Positions 60,839 to 64,000 of a DNA stretch of 64,000 bases are shown here, piece after piece (the first letter of the stretch is position 1; each line of letters opens with the position of its first letter). The notes under the pieces are model-generated. The model was given only the letters and a program-made list of their open reading frames with translations. It made no database searches and had not been told where the DNA came from. The translations under genes and the position numbers were made by a program. Origin of the DNA: Oikopleura dioica (Eukaryota > Animalia > Chordata); assembly GCA_907165135.1 (NCBI GenBank), contig OU015568.1:14891208-14955207 (forward strand), in the 5' to 3' direction.

Positions 60839-62530
60839 ATGGCGAGGCACACAGTCTTCAAAACTAATCCCTGTGAGGCGTTGGGTCAAATTTTCAGCGC
60901 GTTATCCTACATTGGTGATATAAGGTGAGAAAATTTTCAAACTGGGGCAGCTTTTGACATATTTTAGTACGGACATAGTCGTCGCGTACTTTTACTTTAC
61001 AAATGACCACTTTTACTGGGGAATTATCACTCTGCTCCTCGTCTTGGTGCCTGGATGGATCGTAGCCTTCTTCTCGCTTTACTGGCTTGTAGAAGACCAG
61101 AGAAAACCCTCCCCAATGGTTATTTTTCTCCACATCATCTGCTGCGGTCCCCTGTGGCGCTACTGGCAAGCTTTCAATGCGCTTCGTTATCAAAGACCTA
61201 CCTTTACGGGGACATTCTCTGAAGCACTTTCGGATGTTTCTATGTTGAGATTGATCGAGGGAATCTTAGAGTCTGCTCCTCAGGTATTTCTCTCTTCTTG
61301 CCGTTGACTTTAGCAATTATTTAGCTGATGCTTCAAATGTATATTATTATTTCGAAAACAGGTGATGATGAAGACAAGACCTTGGTGGCGGCTCTTGTCT
61401 CCGCAACATTTTCCATGGTCTCAATTTCCTGGGGAATGGCTTCTTACGCTCGTGCTCTCCGAAAAGCAGCTCCAGAAACAACCGGGCAAATGACCAAGAA
61501 GGGCGTTTTCTTCTATTTTCTTTGGGTAAGAAAAATGTCATCTACAACTTATAAAGAAAAATTTTCAGCGTTTCTTCGAATTTACCTCTCGAATTTTGAC
61601 TCTTGTGCTCTTCGCTTACGCTTATAAGCTCTTCGTCTTGGTGCCGATTTTCACCCATTGGCTCTTTATGATCATTTGGCAAATTTATCTTGGTGCGAAC
61701 TTTCATGACACTCAGAATTCCTGCGTTGAAGGTAACTCAAGAAATATTCCGCTTTCCTTATCATTTTTAGGCTTTTTTCAAATGGTGATGGCGTTTCTTC
61801 AAGTATTTCTTTTCTTCCATCTTTGCGAAGGCCCCAGTCGCGAAAATATGTGCAAGGTAAGACTAGAAGGGTTCTTAGAACGGAAGGCGTAATCGATTTC
61901 TAGTATTACATTCTCGTTTTACTCGAGAATGCAGTAATGCTATGTCTGTGGTATCCGAAAGCAGGCCAACTCAGCCAAACGCATGGCAAGAATTTCAACG
62001 AACTTCTGATCACGATAATCGTGGCTTCCTTCATTCTAGCGCTGCTATTTTGCGTCTTCTACTATGTCGTTTGGCATCCAAAGGCGAAGATCAAAAAGAT
62101 GGCTTCAAAATCGAAGCTGAAAGAAAAGGGAAAACGGAGGAAAGAGGAGAGTGTTTCAATGATCGAAATAGGTAAAAACTGTCGACTTTAAATTCTTCCT
62201 AGAATCTTATTTTTAGATGGACGCAGTCGACAACTAACAAGTGAGACAGAATACCCGACTCTTCGTCGCAAGATGCAGACTAAATTCGGTCTCCAAACGC
62301 TCGAAAGAAATCCTCATTTACAAAACCCAATGAATCCTGTTCCACTAAAGAAGAGCAAGAAAACTGTGCCTAACCTATCCATCGTCCGTGAATCAGAGAA
62401 TCGTTCTTCAATCGTCAGCAGCGCCGCTTCATCAAAATCGTCAACGAATTGGAATCGGCCGTCTAAACAATCGCTCAAATCGTACAACAGCAAATCGAAA
62501 ACGAAATACAACACAATGACGCGTGATTAA
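60839..62530 (+). CDS. XK-related (Xkr) membrane protein
   Basis: D..TDIVVA..Y....YWG..TL..VP; MLRLIEGILESAPQ..LQ.YI; WRFFEFTSR..LVLFA; YY.L..LEN..ML.LW; FYYVVWHP. Confidence 0.85.
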
Positions 62531-62744
62531 AACACTTACAACATTCAAATTGAAATTTTTATATTCTTGCCAGCTTTTACCTGCACTTGTCTCATTACCT
62601 GCATTCATTCCTACACCTCTCTGCATTCTTTCTAGATCCATTGTGACTATTTCAACGCCTTTTTGACAAACAATGCCTTCCTCAGTTCCAAAAATACAAA
62701 CACCTGTTACATAACGCATTTACACCGTTCATTTACCAACTAAC

Positions 62745-64000
62745 ATGGAGGCTAACTCAGATTTGGCCCCTGACTCTTCTGAGCCAGAGGAAAACGCCCA
62801 AATGACGGAGGACAATCATGAAGTCGAAGTCACGCCAGAGCAGACAGAGCAAATCGTGACGTTTTCTATGTCGACTGGAAATGAGGATTTAGACGAGTGT
62901 GCTAGGGTTCTAAGGGTACGAAGCTTTTCACAATGACGATCTTTTCATTTAATTTTAGGAAAATAACTGGGATTTGGACAGAGCCGTTAATTCTTCATTA
63001 GCAGGGACATCTAGCCCTTCTCAAACGAATAATCCACCTCAAAATGTTGCTAGAACGAGGTAAAATTTTCTTTGTTGATTTTCGAGTAACTTTGAAATTA
63101 GCTCCAATGATAGCAATATTCTCAACCTATCCGACGATGAGGAGTACCCCGAAATCAGAAGGCGGAGACCTCCGATGGCGGTGGCTGATGATGACAGTAA
63201 TATTCCACCTCCACCTCCAATCGGTCCAGAACTTGAGCCGACCGTCACATCGATGGTAATCAACTAAAAGCCATTTCTTCCTTTAATATTTATCAGAGCT
63301 CGCAAACTGTCGCAAGAAGACCCTCTGGAACTGTTGTTTCCATGATCTTCTCTTTTATGAGCCTCGCAGTGAAATCGCCTTGGACCATCGTCAAAAATAC
63401 ATTCTCGTTAGTTACTTCTTGGTGGCGAAATCTTGGCCCGGAGTTGACACCTGCCCAGCAAGTGGACGATTTCGCTGTTAAATTTAACAAGAAATATGAT
63501 GAAGTAATTACTTTCTTTGATTTCTTTATTTACTAGTTGCTTTAAAGATAACTTGGATGAAATGTCCATACAACGCCGCTGTTAACGCTGTGAGATCAAA
63601 TCTGAGACCCGTTATCGTCTATCTCGCCAATGAATTAAAAACTGAAAAGAGTACGCAAATCATTTTTTGAAAAGATGTTTGATGAGTTTAGGTGATAATT
63701 TCGCGCAACTTCTGGTGACGTTGAATACCGAATTATCTGGTAGAATCGACTTCTGGGGCTGCGATATCATGAGTCCAGAAGCGGTCAGAACAGCTGACCA
63801 AGTTCGCGCGACAATTTTTCCATGCGTTCTGATTCTCGGGCTTCACAAGGATCAGCAGTCAATTATCTGGAGAACAGCTCTTGACAATATCGATGTCGAG
63901 GACTTGAAACTTCAAGTTGAAAGAGGTAAGGCGTAATCAACGAAATATCGTCTATCATTTCCTTCAGCCGAAGCCGAACTGGTAACCGCCAGGCATGAGG
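62745..64000 (+). CDS. FAF2: FAS-associated factor 2 (UBXD8), 5' part; continues beyond the window
   Basis: UBA-like EQTEQIVTF..TG.EDLDEC..VL.ENNWDLDRAV; UAS region Y.AAV.A.R...RPVIVYL...FWGC....PEA. Confidence 0.8.

Overview
Gene-dense eukaryotic DNA with ~35-50 nt introns, several GC-AG introns, very short same-strand intergenic gaps and acceptor-like (t)ttcag/ttag sites just before ATGs. This fits the appendicularian tunicate Oikopleura dioica or a close relative (inference, no database search). About 35 protein-coding genes can be supported. Recognisable ones: a GAL3ST-type sulfotransferase, an IFI6/IFI27-like protein, a probably inactive E2-like protein, a two-RRM hnRNP/DAZAP1-type protein, SMG7, TRIM37, an Mpv17/PMP22 protein, WAPL, MPLKIP/TTDN1, AK6, STX18, POLR1F, MTFP1, clathrin light chain, two tandem LisH-like/C2H2 zinc-finger genes, FAM174-like, ABCF1 (11.8 kb with unusually large introns), a SUMO-like-domain protein, katanin p60, ELAC1, FRRS1-like, an XK-related protein and the 5' part of FAF2. 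Four non-autonomous DNA-transposon elements were defined by hand from TIRs and TSDs. No tRNA, rRNA or CRISPR was recognised. Best leads: (1) two adjacent genes each carrying the MPLKIP/TTDN1 motif, one fused to an RRM and the other apparently extended by a DBR1/XAB2-like NPDEIxL acidic tail; (2) intronless orphan genes nested in TRIM37 and AK6 introns; (3) transposons that share an internal module with RGGTCA arrays despite unrelated ends, one inserted exactly into a 5' splice site. Exon boundaries were read by eye and protein comparisons are from recalled family sequences, so both need confirmation.
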